From Escherichia coli (GTDB lineage: Bacteria > Pseudomonadota > Gammaproteobacteria > Enterobacterales > Enterobacteriaceae), in assembly GCF_003334335.1 (NCBI RefSeq), contig NZ_QOWQ01000159.1: a DNA stretch of 679 nucleotides. One strand, 5' to 3'. The stretch's first letter is position 1. Each line of letters begins with the position of its first letter. Under the pieces are notes generated by a model. It searched no databases, was not told where the DNA came from, and saw only the letters and a program-made list of their open reading frames with translations. The translations under genes were made by a program, and so were the position numbers. Shown one piece after another: positions 1 to 679 of this stretch.

Positions 1-501
1 AATCTGAGCCGGGTTCGTAAAAACGCCATTCCGGCGGCTTCAGCAATGACGATTAACCGCGTGGCCACAACGGCGATTAATCAGTCTTCGTCACAGGTTG
101 CCCGGGAAACCAGGGTGAGACGGAAACTGGTAAAGGAACGGTCCAGACTGAAACGGGCGACGGTCAGAAATCCGAATGCCAGAATTATCGTTAACCGCGG
201 TGATCTCCCTGTGATTAAGCTGGGGATCAGGATGCTGGGGCGTCGCCCGAACAGCATACTTAAAGCCGGTCAGCATCGGTATCAGCGGGCATTTATTCAG
301 CGATTAAAAAATGGTCGCTGGCATGTCATGCAGCGTGTGGCCGGGAAAAACCGTTACCCCATTGATGTGGTGAAAATCCCGATGGCGGCCCCACTGAAAC
401 AGGCATTTGATGAGAATGTTGACCGTATCCGGCGTGAACGCCTGCCTAAAGAACTGGCATACGCGCTGAAACAACAACTGAGGATTGCAATAAAACGATG
501 A
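1..501 (+). CDS. Z: Phage tail completion protein, lambda gpZ-like; 5'-partial (start upstream of window), stop TGA at 499-501
   Basis: Frame 1 is open from base 1, translating NLSRVRKNAIPAASA before the Met at 46, so the ORF-track start at 46 is an internal Met. The translation (…MTINRVATTAINQSSSQVARETRVRRKLVKERSRLKRATVRNPNARIIVNRGDLPVIKLG…AFIQRLKNGRWHVMQRVAGKNRYPIDVVKIPMAAPLKQAFDENVDRIRRERLPKELAYALKQQLRIAIKR) closely matches my recollection of lambda gpZ (…AMAINRVASSAISQSASQVARETKVRRKLVKERARLKRATVKNPQARIKVNRGDLPVIKLG…AFIQQLKNGRWHVMQRVAGKNRYPIDVVKIPMA…RIRRERLPKEL…). It is strongly basic (R/K-rich), as gpZ is, and sits immediately upstream of a gpU-like gene as in lambda. Identity is recalled from memory, not searched. 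Confidence 0.85.
   Translation, partial: NLSRVRKNAIPAASAMTINRVATTAINQSSSQVARETRVRRKLVKERSRLKRATVRNPNARIIVNRGDLPVIKLGIRMLGRRPNSILKAGQHRYQRAFIQRLKNGRWHVMQRVAGKNRYPIDVVKIPMAAPLKQAFDENVDRIRRERLPKELAYALKQQLRIAIKR
480..484 (+). promoter_or_regulatory. Possible Shine-Dalgarno (GAGGA) for the U-like gene, inside the 3' end of the Z-like gene
   Basis: GAGGA at 480-484 lies 13 nt upstream of the ATG at 498. That spacing is longer than optimal, so initiation may rely mainly on coupling to the terminating ribosome of the upstream gene. Confidence 0.3.
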
Positions 502-679
502 AACACACTGACATTCGTGCCGCAGTGCTGGATGCACTCGAGCAGCATGAACACGGGGCGACGCTGTTTGATGGTCGCCCCGTTGTTTTTGACGAAGAGG
601 ATTTTCCTGCGATCGCGGTTTATCTGACGGATGCAGAGTATACCGGTGAAGAGCTGGATGCAGATACCTGGCGGGCCAC
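498..679 (+). CDS. U: Phage tail terminator protein (minor tail protein), lambda gpU-like; 3'-partial (continues beyond window)
   Basis: ATG at 498-500 opens frame 3, which has no stop through 679. This ORF is missing from the supplied track, presumably because it runs off the window. Translation: MKHTDIRAAVLDALEQHEHGATLFDGRPVVFDEEDFPAIAVYLTDAEYTGEELDADTWRA. This closely matches the N-terminus of lambda gpU as I recall it (MKHTELRAAVLDALEKHDTGATFFDGRPAVFDEADFPAVAVYLTGAEYTGEELDSDTWQA…). The position directly after the Z-like gene matches lambda gene order Z-U-V. Confidence 0.88.
   Translation, partial: MKHTDIRAAVLDALEQHEHGATLFDGRPVVFDEEDFPAIAVYLTDAEYTGEELDADTWRA

Noticed and set aside
91-276. 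Minus-strand ORF, 61 aa
   Set aside because: Entirely antisense to the well-supported Z-like CDS. The translation is low-complexity (P/G/S-rich) with no recognisable similarity to anything I know. Most likely a chance shadow ORF on the opposite strand.
50-307. Recurring short motif CGATTAA / GATTAA (around 50-57, 74-80, 203-208, 301-307)
   Set aside because: Short 6-7 nt recurrences without consistent spacing or a palindromic partner. They correspond to ordinary codon pairs (e.g. Ile-Asn / Ile-Lys) and are not a convincing repeat or binding-site array.
306-311. A6 run inside the Z-like gene (a shorter A5 run also at 346-350) as a possible programmed frameshift slippery site
   Set aside because: The known programmed -1 frameshift in lambdoid tail operons is in G-T, downstream of V, not in Z. 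The zero-frame translation continues to match gpZ through and beyond these runs, and no alternative frame gives a meaningful extended ORF. Homopolymer runs of this length occur by chance in coding sequence.
304-537. Minus-strand ORF, 77 aa
   Set aside because: Antisense to the Z-like CDS and the Z/U junction. It is Cys/His/Phe-rich with no recognisable motif, and known lambdoid tail operons have no opposite-strand gene here. Treated as spurious.
354-554. Minus-strand ORF, 66 aa
   Set aside because: Overlaps the previous antisense ORF in another frame and is antisense to both supported genes. No supporting signal, so most likely spurious.
1-679. Possibility of a novel defence or accessory system in this window
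   Set aside because: The whole window is accounted for by two conserved phage tail-assembly genes with tight overlap, leaving no intergenic space or unexplained ORF. Nothing in the sequence supports a novel system.

Overview
This window is the junction of two same-strand genes from the tail-morphogenesis (late) operon of a lambda-like siphovirus, most likely a prophage in an enterobacterial genome. Bases 1-501 encode the C-terminal ~166 aa of a lambda gpZ-like tail completion protein, whose true start lies upstream of the window. Bases 498-679 encode the N-terminal 60 aa of a lambda gpU-like tail terminator protein, which runs off the 3' edge. The two genes overlap in an ATGA start/stop arrangement. 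Both products are clearly related to, but not identical with, phage lambda Z and U as I recall them, so this is a lambda relative rather than lambda itself. I see no RNA gene, CRISPR array, mobile-element end or terminator, and no evidence of a novel system: this is a conserved, well-described phage structural module. The three minus-strand ORFs in the track are antisense to the gpZ gene and are most likely spurious.
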